From positions 1-64,000 of the IMG/VR virus record IMGVR_UViG_2541047086_000003: a stretch of DNA of 64,000 nucleotides, one strand, 5' to 3'. Position numbers and translations under genes: made by a program. Numbering within the stretch: position 1 is the stretch's first letter; the number at the start of each line of letters is the position of its first letter. Below, in pieces: positions 9,527 to 19,777 of the stretch. The notes beneath the pieces were generated by a model, which saw only the letters and a program-made list of their open reading frames with translations, did no database searches and was not told where the DNA came from. The DNA comes from an uncultured virus (IMG/VR IMGVR_UViG_2541047086_000003) (taxonomy: Duplodnaviria; Heunggongvirae; Uroviricota; Caudoviricetes).

Positions 9527-9924
9527 ATATAGTTACCTACAAAAATAAGATTACCGCAAACAAAAAGCATGTATACGAACTTGTTTTGCTTATTGTTTGA
9601 GTCACCGTCCAAAACATCAAGAATTTTAAACATTGTTAAACCGGTATATATTAAAGCAAAAGCTGTCCAAGCTAACATTAGCACGTTACCGTGCGTAATC
9701 AATCCAATAGTAGCCAAGGGGACAATGAACGAAATCCCCTTGAACAATGTAATGGCATACACTAAGTTCTTATTTTTCTTCAGTTCTTTATACGGTGAAT
9801 TAGAAAGTATATGTGTAACTTTAGCGTATACGTTCTGTTCTCCTCGTGTAATTAGTCTAATTTCATTAATGTTTAGTGTAAATAAGTATGCTGCAAGTAA
9901 TAACGTAAAGTATGTAATTCTAAT
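9511..9924 (-). CDS. Membrane protein, apparent ATT start
   Basis: Frame of 9511..9762 stays open to ATT codons at 9918/9924 behind AAGGAG. Confidence 0.55.
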   Translation of the reverse strand: MRITYFTLLLAAYLFTLNINEIRLITRGEQNVYAKVTHILSNSPYKELKKNKNLVYAITLFKGISFIVPLATIGLITHGNVLMLAWTAFALIYTGLTMFKILDVLDGDSNNKQNKFVYMLFVCGNLIFVGNYIYCVI

Positions 9925-9964
9925 ACATCTCCTTATTTTATTTTTATCTTATAAATAACTATGT

Positions 9965-10264
9965 TCAATCAAACAGCTCGCCGGATCTCTTCATGTCTTT
10001 AATTTCTTCGCTTACACTTTCTTTAATTGCATGAGGTAACTGGTCAATTCCCCGTTGTATTCTTTTCTGTCCTGTATTTCTTATATGTAAGGTTAATTCT
10101 TTAAACCCTTCCATTGATTCATCTGAAATTAAATCAAACTGATGTTGAATCTTAGCTAATAAGCTTATGTATTCTTCTTCATCCTCGCTGAATAATTGGA
10201 GACCTTGTTTAAAATTTTCTATTTCTTTTAGATGGGCTTTTATTTTCTCTATGTGTTTATTCAT
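9965..10264 (-). CDS. Hypothetical phage protein
   Basis: ORF MNKHIEK... Confidence 0.7.
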   Translation of the reverse strand: MNKHIEKIKAHLKEIENFKQGLQLFSEDEEEYISLLAKIQHQFDLISDESMEGFKELTLHIRNTGQKRIQRGIDQLPHAIKESVSEEIKDMKRSGELFD

Positions 10265-10523
10265 GATGGCTAATCCTTTCAACAATTTCTAAAACTTCAG
10301 CGATCTTATCTGTTAGCTGTCTTCCTAGGTCTGTTGTTTGTTCCTGATCCAGTTTGTTCACTTTTCCTTTGCCATTAAGAAGCTCTCTCTTTTCCTCCAA
10401 AATTCCAATTTCAATTTTAATCAGTTCTCTATAAGCTTCGCTTTCTTTAGGAAACAACTCAGAGACAACTTTCACAGCCTGTAATCCTTTGTTTAATTTA
10501 TAATAGCGATAAATATTTTCCAT
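10257..10523 (-). CDS. Hypothetical phage protein
   Basis: 88-aa ORF with AAAGGGG RBS. Confidence 0.7.
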   Translation of the reverse strand: MENIYRYYKLNKGLQAVKVVSELFPKESEAYRELIKIEIGILEEKRELLNGKGKVNKLDQEQTTDLGRQLTDKIAEVLEIVERISHHE

Positions 10524-10542
10524 ATCTTTGCCCCTTTTTGTT

Positions 10543-10743
10543 TTAATTTGATTCTAATAAACTCAAAAAATTAACTGCTGCAACTCTATACCTTTGGTCT
10601 TCTTCATAAGCTGCAACTTGTTTCATATGCTCCAAAAACACATCTTCAAGCCCATGTTTTTGAATAAATCCTAAACACAGACCATTCCTGAAGAGCATGT
10701 TGTCATATTTTGCTTGCAAATCTTTATAACTGTTTTTGTTTAT
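10543..10743 (-). CDS. 66-aa phage protein, apparent ATA start
   Basis: TAAGGAGG RBS 9 nt before ATA AAC AAA AAC AGT TAT..., open to stop at 10543. Confidence 0.6.
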   Translation of the reverse strand: MNKNSYKDLQAKYDNMLFRNGLCLGFIQKHGLEDVFLEHMKQVAAYEEDQRYRVAAVNFLSLLESN

Positions 10744-10955
10744 GGTCTTTTTCCTCCTTATTGTTTTAGATAAAAGTCTTCTTTTATTGAGATGTTCATT
10801 CCATCAACATCCCTGTATCGACGCCTTTTTGTAAAACCTTTTCCTGAAACAACCTCTTTGTTTGGCATAATTATTGAGCTTTTTGAGTATTTTAAGTTGT
10901 ACCCTGGCTAAGACCCTCCACTGGACAAACATCATGATCTAAGCCAGGGCTTGTA

Positions 10956-11384
10956 TTACTTAGTTCCAGTTGATCCGTGTCCACCTCGATCATCGTTGCC
11001 TAGATGATCTACCTCAATCAATTCAACTGCAGGCATTTTCTTCATGATTCTGAACTGACAGATACGTTCCCCTTTTTTAATTTCTGTATCCCGTAATGCA
11101 TATGCAGGAAAGAACCAGAAATCATTGTCTCCCTTGTAGGACTCATCAATAACACCCATTGAGTTTGTCTCAATGATGCCAAAGTTTTTAAATGTACTTC
11201 CCCGGGGTACGATATGAGCCTCATATCCTTCTGGTAGCTCCATAGCTACTCCTAACGGGAGAAGTTTAAACTCATCCTTTTTGATTGCTACATTTTCAGC
11301 TGCCCGCAGATCAATCCAATCCCCTTGCTCAATTTTGCTGATTCTCGTTTGAGTTTCGTCTAGATATTTGATTTTAATTTGCAT
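10956..11384 (-). CDS. yosS: dUTPase
   Basis: [32 protein letters not shown] motifs. Confidence 0.95.
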   Translation of the reverse strand: MQIKIKYLDETQTRISKIEQGDWIDLRAAENVAIKKDEFKLLPLGVAMELPEGYEAHIVPRGSTFKNFGIIETNSMGVIDESYKGDNDFWFFPAYALRDTEIKKGERICQFRIMKKMPAVELIEVDHLGNDDRGGHGSTGTK

Positions 11385-11465
11385 TAAGTATTATCTCCTT
11401 TAATTTATGTTGTTTATTTTTATTCTCTTATTCCTACTTAAGCTCAACGTTGGAACTCTGATTTT

Positions 11466-11675
11466 TTAAACAATTTCCCACTGTCCTAAATCCAATCCCT
11501 CTACTGTATGGGGAGATATTTCATCACACCATATAACTGGCGTACTAGTATTGTCTGGCCTATCTCCATAAACTGTGTAAATGCAATTAGTTTCAAAATG
11601 CCAATCCCCTCTTAGGCATTTAAGTTTGTCTCCAATCTTTATTAACGATTTTTGTTCTTCTGAAATTTCAAACAA
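11466..11675 (-). CDS. Hypothetical phage protein
   Basis: 69-aa ORF. Confidence 0.6.
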   Translation of the reverse strand: MFEISEEQKSLIKIGDKLKCLRGDWHFETNCIYTVYGDRPDNTSTPVIWCDEISPHTVEGLDLGQWEIV

Positions 11676-11909
11676 CCTCCCTTGCTAACTTATCAAGCTC
11701 ATCGGGCTTAAAGCCAATGCTTCGTTTTACTTCCTCTCCTTGATCACTCAGCAGAATGGTTACCGGTACTCCCATGACACCAAATCTTGCTGCTACTTCT
11801 GGTTCCTGTGTAACGTCAACTGTCTCAAATTGAATATTTGCTTGTTTTAAGTAATTGGCACCGTTTTACACGGATTGCAATTAGGCTGCTCTAATTTAAT
11901 TAATCTCAT
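11668..11909 (-). pseudogene. yosR: Thioredoxin/NrdH-like redoxin with a 1-nt deletion
   Basis: [17 protein letters not shown] then shift to NYLKQANIQFETVDVTQEPEVAARFGVMGVPVTIL...; span 242 nt = 81 codons minus 1 nt. Confidence 0.85.
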
Positions 11910-13703
11910 TGAATACATCCTTTCTCGGTAAAAATGAAATCAGAATCCTTTAATGGCTCAACAGTTGCTTTTTTGTACCCATTTCCTTTTTGGCTAAAGA
12001 AGTCATGCGACTTAGTTTTAGTACTCAATCCATTAATAACGATTGGATTAACATCCTCTTCTTCAAACCAATGATCAAAGCCTAGATTGTTTAATGCTTT
12101 ATTTGCGTTGTATCTGATGAATTTCTTTACATCTGGAGCTAAGCCAACCTGATCATAAACATCTTCTGTATACTCCAATTCATTTTCATAAAGCTCTTGG
12201 AGCAAGCTTAAAGCCCATGTGAACAGTTCTTTTTGCTTCTTAGGAGTTTGATTCTTATATATCTCCTGTGCTAATAAACCGACGTAAACGCCGTGCAGTG
12301 CTTCGTCTCTAATACCTTTAGTTCAACCGAGTTCGCTACTCTCAGCTCGTTGCCCTGTCGCAACCGCCTTACGTTACCGTAAGGAGCAGACTATATCATC
12401 ATCCCTGTAGGATGCCTCCCGTTTCGATTTAAGGGGTTCTCACCCACGCCAATAGCTTGCGCCCTACTCGTTTTGCGGAATTTCGCCGCCTATGCGATAG
12501 TCGTTGAACGTTCTATGCGATCCCATAAAGTCTTCCATCTTCTTTTATGTCGAATCAGACTAACGTAACGAGGATGAAGGCTGTATTTTTCACCAGCTTC
12601 AACATTATTCATTCCAGCAAGCAAATCATAGATTAAATTTGTTGCCTCTGAGTCTGTGAGCTTTGACATTGAATTACTTTCTCCAGGTTGTCCTGACATT
12701 AATCCAATTTTCATTGCATGTAGAGTATTTTCTTTAGGTGTAACTATCTCTAAGTTCCGAACGTGATTGTTTAGTTTATTTCCGTCTATGTGGTTTACAA
12801 ACATTCCTTTTGGTATTTCATGAATAAAATATTTCGCGACTAACCTATGTACTAAAAAGTTCTGTGTTCCTCTTTTCGGATGCGTGTATCCTATCATTTC
12901 ATAGCCATGTGGAGTAATAAATGTCTTTCTTGGCTTCTTTATTTTTTTTGATATGATAACTCCCGTTTCCGTTATCCACCAAGGCGCTTCTTCGACTTCT
13001 TTCCTTATCATTTTCACCTCCTTTGGGTTCGCATAGCTTCGCTGCTGATTGTCCTAAAAAGGATTTTCCAGCAATTAGAGAGGTTCGCATTTGCCGTTGC
13101 CGACAAAAGGGACTATTAAATAATCAGGTTAATGATCTCACCGCTCTGCATGAGCTTCCCTTGTCCATAAAAGTAAAGTGGATAATAAAACCCTGAGTAA
13201 AACAAGAAACTCTCCAGAAACACAGATGCAACCATTGCTTTGAATAAGGAAATATCATCGTTTTTCTCAACTGCTTTATAAATTGAAACAATTGTTCTTG
13301 CTTTCTTTTGAAGAAACTTATTGTTTTTCACCCAATCAAACACTTCATTGATCTTCTCGGTTGGAGCCAAAGTTAGAAAGATGTTGCTGTAAGATTTCGC
13401 ATGGACAGCATTTTCCATCATGGCCATAAAGTTTAATACTGCTTTTCTTTGATGCCCTTCAACGTGCTCGGCCACAATCGGCATGCCCGTGTTCCCCTGC
13501 TCTGTATCTAATAAGGTAAGCCCAGCTAAAACTTTCATATAAGTGTCTTGTTCCTTTGTTCCAAGATACTTCCAAGTGAGGAGATCGCCGTTTAATGCGA
13601 TCTCTTCGGGAAGCCAGAACTGCTTCACATTTTGGTTGTAAAACATCTGGGTGAAATCATCTTCATGCTTTGACCAGTTTGCTGCGTCATAAATTTTTGT
13701 CAA
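11906..13703 (-). CDS. nrdF: Class Ib ribonucleotide reductase beta subunit, spliced (exons 13703-13123 and 12314-11906; 329 aa)
   Basis: Splicing restores [15 protein letters not shown] in frame. Confidence 0.95.
12315..13122 (-). mobile_element. Group I intron in nrdF (808 nt) carrying an HNH endonuclease gene
   Basis: 5' exon ends in U, intron ends in G; R (AACGACUA, ~12498) and S (GAUAUAGUC, ~12389) elements. Confidence 0.93.
12490..13011 (-). CDS. yosQ: Intron-encoded HNH homing endonuclease
   Basis: HRLVA...[17 protein letters not shown]...EN motif. Confidence 0.92.
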   Translation of the reverse strand: MIRKEVEEAPWWITETGVIISKKIKKPRKTFITPHGYEMIGYTHPKRGTQNFLVHRLVAKYFIHEIPKGMFVNHIDGNKLNNHVRNLEIVTPKENTLHAMKIGLMSGQPGESNSMSKLTDSEATNLIYDLLAGMNNVEAGEKYSLHPRYVSLIRHKRRWKTLWDRIERSTTIA

Positions 13704-13946
13704 TTATTCGTCCTCCTTAACTTCTGGAACTCCAATAGCTACTGCAAGGTAATAACAATAAAAGAAGAAAACATTTCGATCTTTCTTAAAAAATATAGGA
13801 ATCCGTCGTTTTCTTCCCTTCTCATACCAAACTGTTTCTCCTAACGCAAATACAAGTCGAAAGCATCCAAGGCTAATATATAGATATCGAAAGACTTCAC
13901 CGACTTCTGTGATGCGTTTGTCCGTATAGATATTTAAACAACGCAT
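13704..13946 (-). CDS. Small hypothetical protein between nrdE and nrdF
   Basis: Open frame filling the whole nrdE-nrdF gap. Confidence 0.5.
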   Translation of the reverse strand: MRCLNIYTDKRITEVGEVFRYLYISLGCFRLVFALGETVWYEKGRKRRIPIFFKKDRNVFFFYCYYLAVAIGVPEVKEDE

Positions 13947-16566
13947 GACAAGCAACCCTCTTGAGTCGTATCCTTCGTTCGAGCATAATACAGCGTTTTA
14001 ATACCTTTGTGATGCGCATATAAGTCAATCCGGTTTAAATCTCTTGTCGTCATCGTATCTTTCAGGAACAACGTAAATGAAATACCTTGATCGACGTGCT
14101 GCTGAAGAGTTGCAATTAGATCAACTACCTTAAACATATCCATGTCATACGCTTCTTTATAAAAGAACCAATTCTGAGCCGATAAACCTGGCATCGGATA
14201 ATATGTCTTACTGTTTCCGTATGTACGTTCCTCAATTCTCTCCATAATAGGCATTACACCGGCCGTAGATGATTGAACATATGAGATGCTCCCAGTAGGT
14301 GCAACAGCTTGCCTATACGAATGATACAAACCATATTTCATCACATCCTCTTTAAGCTTCATCCAATCTTCAATGTTAGGAATATGTTGATCTCCAAATA
14401 GGCTTTTAACCTTTTCATATTTAGGGCTATAATCATTTGTCACGTACTTTTCGAAATACTCGCCTGATTTGTAGGTTGATCCATCAAACTTGTAGTATGT
14501 CTCCCCTGTTTCTTTTGCAATTTCCATTGAACGCTGCAAGGAGTAGAAATTAACCATCATAAAGTATGTATTTGCAAAGTCCTTAGCCTCTTCACTTTCA
14601 TAAGAGATTTTATTTTGAGCCAGAAAACCATGTAGGTTCATCTGTCCTAGACCAATTGATCGCATTAGTGTATTTGCTCTCGCAACAGCTGGGGCATTTA
14701 CAATGTTTGTTTTCCTTGTAACAGTTGTCAGCGAGTCAATTGCTATTCTGACCGTTGATGCAATTGATTGATTACTCATTACATTTACAATGTTCATGGA
14801 TCCAAGATTACATGAGATATCTAATCCAATTTCATCTTCCTGATCGTAATCTGTATAAACTGATACTTGTGATGCTTGGAGTACCTCTGACTTTAATATT
14901 CAACGAAAGGCGCAACACTCTCGTCCGTTCTCTTATGAACTGCTTACGATCACTCGTAAGAATAGACTATATCATCGACCTATAAGGTCGCCCGCCGTTT
15001 CCATCGCCATATGCTTGCGATGTACTCTACTCCCTTACGCGTATGCGTGGTTTCGATAGTCGTTCGGCATTTCCGCAAGGTGCGGTTTAGCACGGTATTG
15101 TCTATTGAATAGAGTTTCACCGTTTAGACGGGTTTGCTACGATCATTGCTGACCGAAGGTGCTACAGTTAACACAAATTAGAAAACTTCACTTTTGAAAT
15201 ATGTTCATTTGGATGCACTTTATTTACATTGTCAGCAAACATAATATACGGATACCCAGATTCACTTCTTAGAATGGCCAATTGCTCTAACAGCTTTCGA
15301 GCATTTCCTTTGGCTTTTCTAACCCTAGGGTTTTCAACAAGCTCATCATATATTTTATTGATGTCCATCTCATCAAGATACTGTCCATATTCTTTGTAAA
15401 CTGAATGAGGATAGAACATATAAAAATCCTTATCTTCTCTTGCCAATTCAATGAATTTATCAGGAAGCACTACACCAATGGATAGTGTTTTAACTCGGAC
15501 ATCTTCATCAGCACTTATTTTTTTGGTATCCAGGAAGTCTGTAATATCTGGATGAAAAACACTGAGATAAGCCGCTCCTGAACCTTGTCTTTGCAGACCA
15601 TTCAGGCGTGTTCGCTAAGCACGCCCCGCCATACGGCTGCTTCATGTTGCCATGAAGGTTAGACTATATCTTCATCCTTTCAGGATGCCTCCTGTTTCGA
15701 CTGCCAATAGCTTGCAGCCTACGCCTTTCGGCTAGTCGTTGCACGTTCAAGACTTTAGTCTAGCTTCGCTCATGATTGTCCTTGTAGGAGTTCCCATGAA
15801 TTAAAGAGGTTTTCGATCGCCATTGCTGACGAAAGGGGCCAAATCAACCCATTTGGTCGGCATATCTAAAAGCATTATCCAATAGCTTCATAACACCTAC
15901 GACACCTTTAGTTGCATTCTCTACGTCTTTTATCGCTTCACCCTTGGCTCGTAATTTGCTTAGGTTTAATGCTACACCACCGCCTAATTTAGACAGCTGC
16001 ATTGAAATGTCAATTGCACGAGAGATGTCATTCAAACTGTCTCCCACTTCAAGTAGGAAGCAGCTCACCATTTCACCTCTTCGCTTACGGCCGGCATTAA
16101 GGAAAGTAGGTGTTGCCGGTTGATACTCTTGCTTCATCATAGCGTGTACTTCCTCAACAGCCTTTTCATAATCACCGTTTGCACAATACAAAGCTACAAT
16201 TGAGACACGATCCTCATATCTTTCTAGGATTTTTGTTTTGTCGTTTGTTTTCAATGCATAGTCATTGTAGAATTTAAAGGCACTCATGAAAGATGGAAAT
16301 CTGAATTTGTAACTGTAAGCAATTTTAAAAATCGATTTAATCTGCTCAAATGTGTATTCGCTTAAGAATTCTTCTTCGTAATAATCATTTTTAATCAAAT
16401 AATCAAGTTTCTCTTTTAGATCATGGAAAAAGACTGTGTTTTGATTAATGTAATCAACAAAGTAACTGTGTACTGCCTCCTTATCCTTCTCAAATTGAAA
16501 CTTACCGTCTTTCTGAATCATGATCTCATTATTGAGCTTGATCCACTTTGGTATTGTGTTTGTCAA
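13934..16566 (-). CDS. nrdE: Class Ib ribonucleotide reductase alpha subunit, spliced (exons 16566-15847, 15593-15171, 14890-13934; 699 aa)
   Basis: Splicing restores ADQMG|QRQGSG and SNLC|SEVLQ; PATPT, APTGSIS and C-terminal CLSC motifs. Confidence 0.95.
14891..15170 (-). mobile_element. ORF-less group I intron 2 in nrdE (280 nt), right after the catalytic Cys codon
   Basis: Exon ends UGU, intron ends G; R (~15057) and S (~14965) elements. Confidence 0.92.
15594..15846 (-). mobile_element. ORF-less group I intron 1 in nrdE (253 nt)
   Basis: Exon ends GGU, intron ends G; R (~15733) and S (~15662) elements. Confidence 0.93.
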
Positions 16567-16924
16567 TAAGTTGTACCTCCCGATTAATCTTCTGCAAGTC
16601 TTGTTTTGTTCCACTTAGTTCAAACTTTAATAACAATGGTACATGGAACATTGCTGAAAGCTTGTCCCCAGCTAAACCATAGTTATCACCCCAAACCTTA
16701 TTACCACTCACAACAACTCCTTTTATTTTATTTTTATTCTTAATAATAAAATGCAAAGTCCTTTCAGGTACTTCCCCAAAGCCTATCGTATATGTAATAT
16801 GTATGAATTCTTCCTCGACAATTAAGTCATCTGTAATTTCAATGATGTCGAAGTTTAACTCCCTTTGTAATGCTTGAGCAAACCTTTTCACGTTACCTGT
16901 CTTGCTTTCATATGTAATAATCAA
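16529..16924 (-). CDS. nrdI: Flavodoxin-like RNR stimulatory protein
   Basis: YESKTGNVKRF...TYTIGFGEVP...SGNKVWG...KFELSG. Confidence 0.93.
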   Translation of the reverse strand: MIITYESKTGNVKRFAQALQRELNFDIIEITDDLIVEEEFIHITYTIGFGEVPERTLHFIIKNKNKIKGVVVSGNKVWGDNYGLAGDKLSAMFHVPLLLKFELSGTKQDLQKINREVQLIDKHNTKVDQAQ

Positions 16925-17271
16925 TATTCTTTATATTCCCCGTTAACTAGGCTGTTCGTGGTTGTTTCTGCTTCATTTTCAGCATGATGGAATGCTTCAG
17001 ACATTTCTAAGTTAAGGTCTCCCATTTCCATGTAACCTTTGGCCATCTTAGCTTTTAAATCAGAAAGCTCTGACATTGGTACTGGGATATAATCTTCTTT
17101 CTGCTCTTGCGTGATAACCATTTGATCCCCTTCTAAATTGGTCGCAATCAGCTCTCCTTTTAAAGCAGTGTAAGAACCACCATTCTTCATATGTACTTGC
17201 GTATTTTCTTTTGCTTCATCCAAGGTTACAAAGTGACTGCGCTTAACGTATAACTGTTTAGCAGCTCCCAT
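16921..17271 (-). CDS. yosL: YosL-like protein with MazE(NdoAI)-like C-terminus
   Basis: MAKGYMEMGDLNLEMSEAFHHAENEAETT resembles the NdoAI C-terminus; position upstream of nrdI. Confidence 0.8.
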   Translation of the reverse strand: MGAAKQLYVKRSHFVTLDEAKENTQVHMKNGGSYTALKGELIATNLEGDQMVITQEQKEDYIPVPMSELSDLKAKMAKGYMEMGDLNLEMSEAFHHAENEAETTTNSLVNGEYKEY

Positions 17272-17289
17272 TCCACAACTCCCTTTTCT

Positions 17290-17439
17290 TTATTTTTTGT
17301 TTTTATCTTTGTCATGTCTTACGTCTAACTTATCCATATCATTGAGAATATGGTCAATAACAACATCACTGAACTTACCATAGACCTTATATCCAATTAA
17401 TTTGCTTCTTAGATCTCTCCACTTTCTTGCTGCACTCAT
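17290..17439 (-). CDS. 49-aa hypothetical protein
   Basis: MSAARKWRDLRSK...; GGAAGGGG RBS after junction motif 17457. Confidence 0.55.
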   Translation of the reverse strand: MSAARKWRDLRSKLIGYKVYGKFSDVVIDHILNDMDKLDVRHDKDKNKK

Positions 17440-17469
17440 TTTGTTTCCCCTTCCTATGAAACTGTGATT

Positions 17470-17829
17470 TTATCTAGAAATAACTGAAACCTGCTTTGGT
17501 TTATCAATGTATGGATCAATCGTTTTACTCAAAACATACTCCAGTGTTTTGTATCTGCCTTCCTTGTTTTTTTGGAAACATAGGAGTTCGCCAAGTTCAT
17601 TCAGGCTAATGTTGAAAGGATCATTACTTACCTTTTTTTTAAATGCAGTTAATTCACTGAATTTATCTTTGAATTCCATAAATTGCTCTTGATTCAAGCT
17701 ATCGATTTTATGACCAAGTATCTCAACAAGTTCTAGTCTTCTGTGTTCAATTAGTTCTCTTAATTTTGATCTCAAACCCAAGAACTTTTCGTCTTTTCTC
17801 TGCTCATCAATAAACTCTCTAATGTTCAT
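17470..17829 (-). CDS. Hypothetical phage protein
   Basis: ORF MNIREF... with AAGGAG RBS. Confidence 0.7.
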   Translation of the reverse strand: MNIREFIDEQRKDEKFLGLRSKLRELIEHRRLELVEILGHKIDSLNQEQFMEFKDKFSELTAFKKKVSNDPFNISLNELGELLCFQKNKEGRYKTLEYVLSKTIDPYIDKPKQVSVISR

Positions 17830-17852
17830 TTTCATTCTCCTTTTCATTGCTC

Positions 17853-18212
17853 TTAGAGTTTTTTATCTACAATGCTTTTAATGGTTTGTAATGTTTGTTT
17901 ATATTCACTGTCTAAATCACTAACATCTAACTCGGTTGAGACTCTAAATTGTGAGCTTGTATCATACATAGTAATTACTGATTCAATCCCCTTTTCTTCG
18001 GCTATAAACGTAACACCAAAGACCTCAATATCATTAGCGCCATGTGCATCTTTAAGCTCTTCTAAGAAACTCGGTTGCATATGTTCAAACAGCTCATTTG
18101 AATTCTTGAATATTCTTTGTTCAATATAACTGCTTTCTTCATCGTTTGAATCAAAGTGCAAATTAAAGTCGATGTATCCCTTTACGTATTTACCATGCTT
18201 AATGTACTCCAG
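17853..18212 (-). CDS. Hypothetical phage protein, possible CTG start
   Basis: Frame open from CTG at 18212 behind AAAAGGA. Confidence 0.6.
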   Translation of the reverse strand: MEYIKHGKYVKGYIDFNLHFDSNDEESSYIEQRIFKNSNELFEHMQPSFLEELKDAHGANDIEVFGVTFIAEEKGIESVITMYDTSSQFRVSTELDVSDLDSEYKQTLQTIKSIVDKKL

Positions 18213-18226
18213 GCTTCATCATCCTT

Positions 18227-18544
18227 TTAATTTATTTTTGTGAATCTCTTAATCTCTTTGCCATCAATAATCACTTTTCCAAAGAACATTTCTTTAGGTC
18301 TTGCCCAAAGAACACCGTCTTGATCTTCATATGTAACCAGCTTTTCTTCTGTTTCAGTGTGAATGACCTCTCCAATAACCTTATACAGACCGCCTTTATA
18401 ATGTCTAAACTGGCAACCCACTACTTCGTATGTATCCTTCAAAGCATTCAACAACTTCTGTGCATCTTGAGCACTTTTTGAACTGCTGTCATATTTGTTG
18501 AGATGTAAAACCGCTTCCTGCATTTTCAAATTCACTTTGTTCAT
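18227..18544 (-). CDS. DUF1653-domain protein
   Basis: FRHYKGGLYKV...HTETEEKLVTY...WARP...F motif. Confidence 0.75.
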   Translation of the reverse strand: MNKVNLKMQEAVLHLNKYDSSSKSAQDAQKLLNALKDTYEVVGCQFRHYKGGLYKVIGEVIHTETEEKLVTYEDQDGVLWARPKEMFFGKVIIDGKEIKRFTKIN

Positions 18545-18785
18545 CCTTCCCGGTTCCTCGAAGTGCATTAACTTTATTCACCATTTCTCTAAGCTCTTCA
18601 AGCTTCACTTTTGCATTTTCATATTCCCACTCTGGATAATACAAAGATTCCAGCTCCAAAATTCTTCTCTTGAGTAGATTGAGAACTTCTGATAATGCTA
18701 TATCCATTCCAATTTTCTCAGCAGTTGTGTTTGAATTTATCAGAGCTTCTCGAATACGTTGAGACTTCCTTTGACTTAAACTAAT
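18489..18785 (-). CDS. Hypothetical protein, apparent ATT start
   Basis: Frame of 18489..18707 open to ATT at 18785 behind AAGGAG. Confidence 0.55.
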   Translation of the reverse strand: MSLSQRKSQRIREALINSNTTAEKIGMDIALSEVLNLLKRRILELESLYYPEWEYENAKVKLEELREMVNKVNALRGTGKDEQSEFENAGSGFTSQQI

Positions 18786-18816
18786 GTCTAATCAACTCCT
18801 TAAAATCATCCTTTTA

Positions 18817-19314
18817 TTAAATAACTAAGTTGCCCTCTCTATCAATTGCTTTATATGTATTCACGTGTTCATTACTGAAAATGACTAGTGCATTAGGGAA
18901 TGGAGCATTAATTTTACTTCCTCCAAATTTTAGTCTGTGTCTAATGAATAAGATTTCACCTTTCATACAGTATTCGTGCCACCAAGCAGAACAAGTTCTT
19001 GCAGGAACAAGACAAACTGCAATTTCTGAATTCCCATTTTCAACTTCTTCATAAGCTTTTTTAATCCATTTTTTAATTTCCCTTCCATATGGAGGATTCA
19101 TCCATACCCTGCCAACCCATTTTTGTTTCAATCCATCAATTTCAGGAGTAAAGAAGTTTTTACATTTAGCGTTTGATGGCTTGGCACACACATCAAGATT
19201 TAACTTATACCTTTCATTGATTTTATTAAAAAAGTCAATTGGGGTAGCCCAGACGTCAGTTCGATCCTCTGGGTTAAAAAATACCCCCTGGTTAAAGTTT
19301 GTTTTAGTCTCTAT
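18817..19314 (-). CDS. Phage DNA N6-adenine methyltransferase (Dam-phage type), apparent ATA start
   Basis: WATP...LDVCA...DGL...WMNPPY...VPART; frame open to ATA behind GAGGGGG RBS. Confidence 0.85.
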   Translation of the reverse strand: METKTNFNQGVFFNPEDRTDVWATPIDFFNKINERYKLNLDVCAKPSNAKCKNFFTPEIDGLKQKWVGRVWMNPPYGREIKKWIKKAYEEVENGNSEIAVCLVPARTCSAWWHEYCMKGEILFIRHRLKFGGSKINAPFPNALVIFSNEHVNTYKAIDREGNLVI

Positions 19315-19354
19315 ATTTAGTTCCCCCTCTGTTTAGATAAAATAAAACTTTCAT

Positions 19355-19777
19355 TTATATCTCACCTGCTACACAGAATTTCCAAAACCTCTTCCACCAG
19401 GAAGTTTTACGTTTTTCTTCTTCCTCTTTAAAGCGTTCATAGTTTTCTTTAACTTGCTGATTCCATTTCTGTATTTTTTCTTGTGTTTGAATCGCTTTTT
19501 CAAGGCTCTCTTTATCTTCAATTGTTTTAATTACCTTGTCAGTCTGATATGTCCATTCATTTTTTGTGTTGCGCTGCCTGTCTGTTACGACTACGTATTC
19601 GTTAAACCCTGGGATATACACTTTCCCTTCGATTTCAATTGGGTCTAAGTCAATGATCCCTTCAAAAAATGGCTGGTATTCACATTGCTGCTCAATTGGG
19701 ACAAGGGCATCACACAGACCTAATGTCCAACTTTTCTTAATTACCTTCCCTTCAAATGTTGCTTTATGCCGTCCCAC
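19355..19777 (-). CDS. Hypothetical SPbeta-type protein
   Basis: 140-aa ORF with GGAGGTG RBS. Confidence 0.75.
   Translation of the reverse strand: MGRHKATFEGKVIKKSWTLGLCDALVPIEQQCEYQPFFEGIIDLDPIEIEGKVYIPGFNEYVVVTDRQRNTKNEWTYQTDKVIKTIEDKESLEKAIQTQEKIQKWNQQVKENYERFKEEEEKRKTSWWKRFWKFCVAGEI

Noticed and set aside
14891..15170. Intein in nrdE as in SPbeta
   Set aside because: The insert begins with an in-frame stop, is only 280 nt and has intron motifs.
11906..16614. nrdE and nrdF fragments as decayed pseudogenes
   Set aside because: The gaps have group I intron boundaries and R/S elements, and their removal gives intact 699-aa and 329-aa frames.
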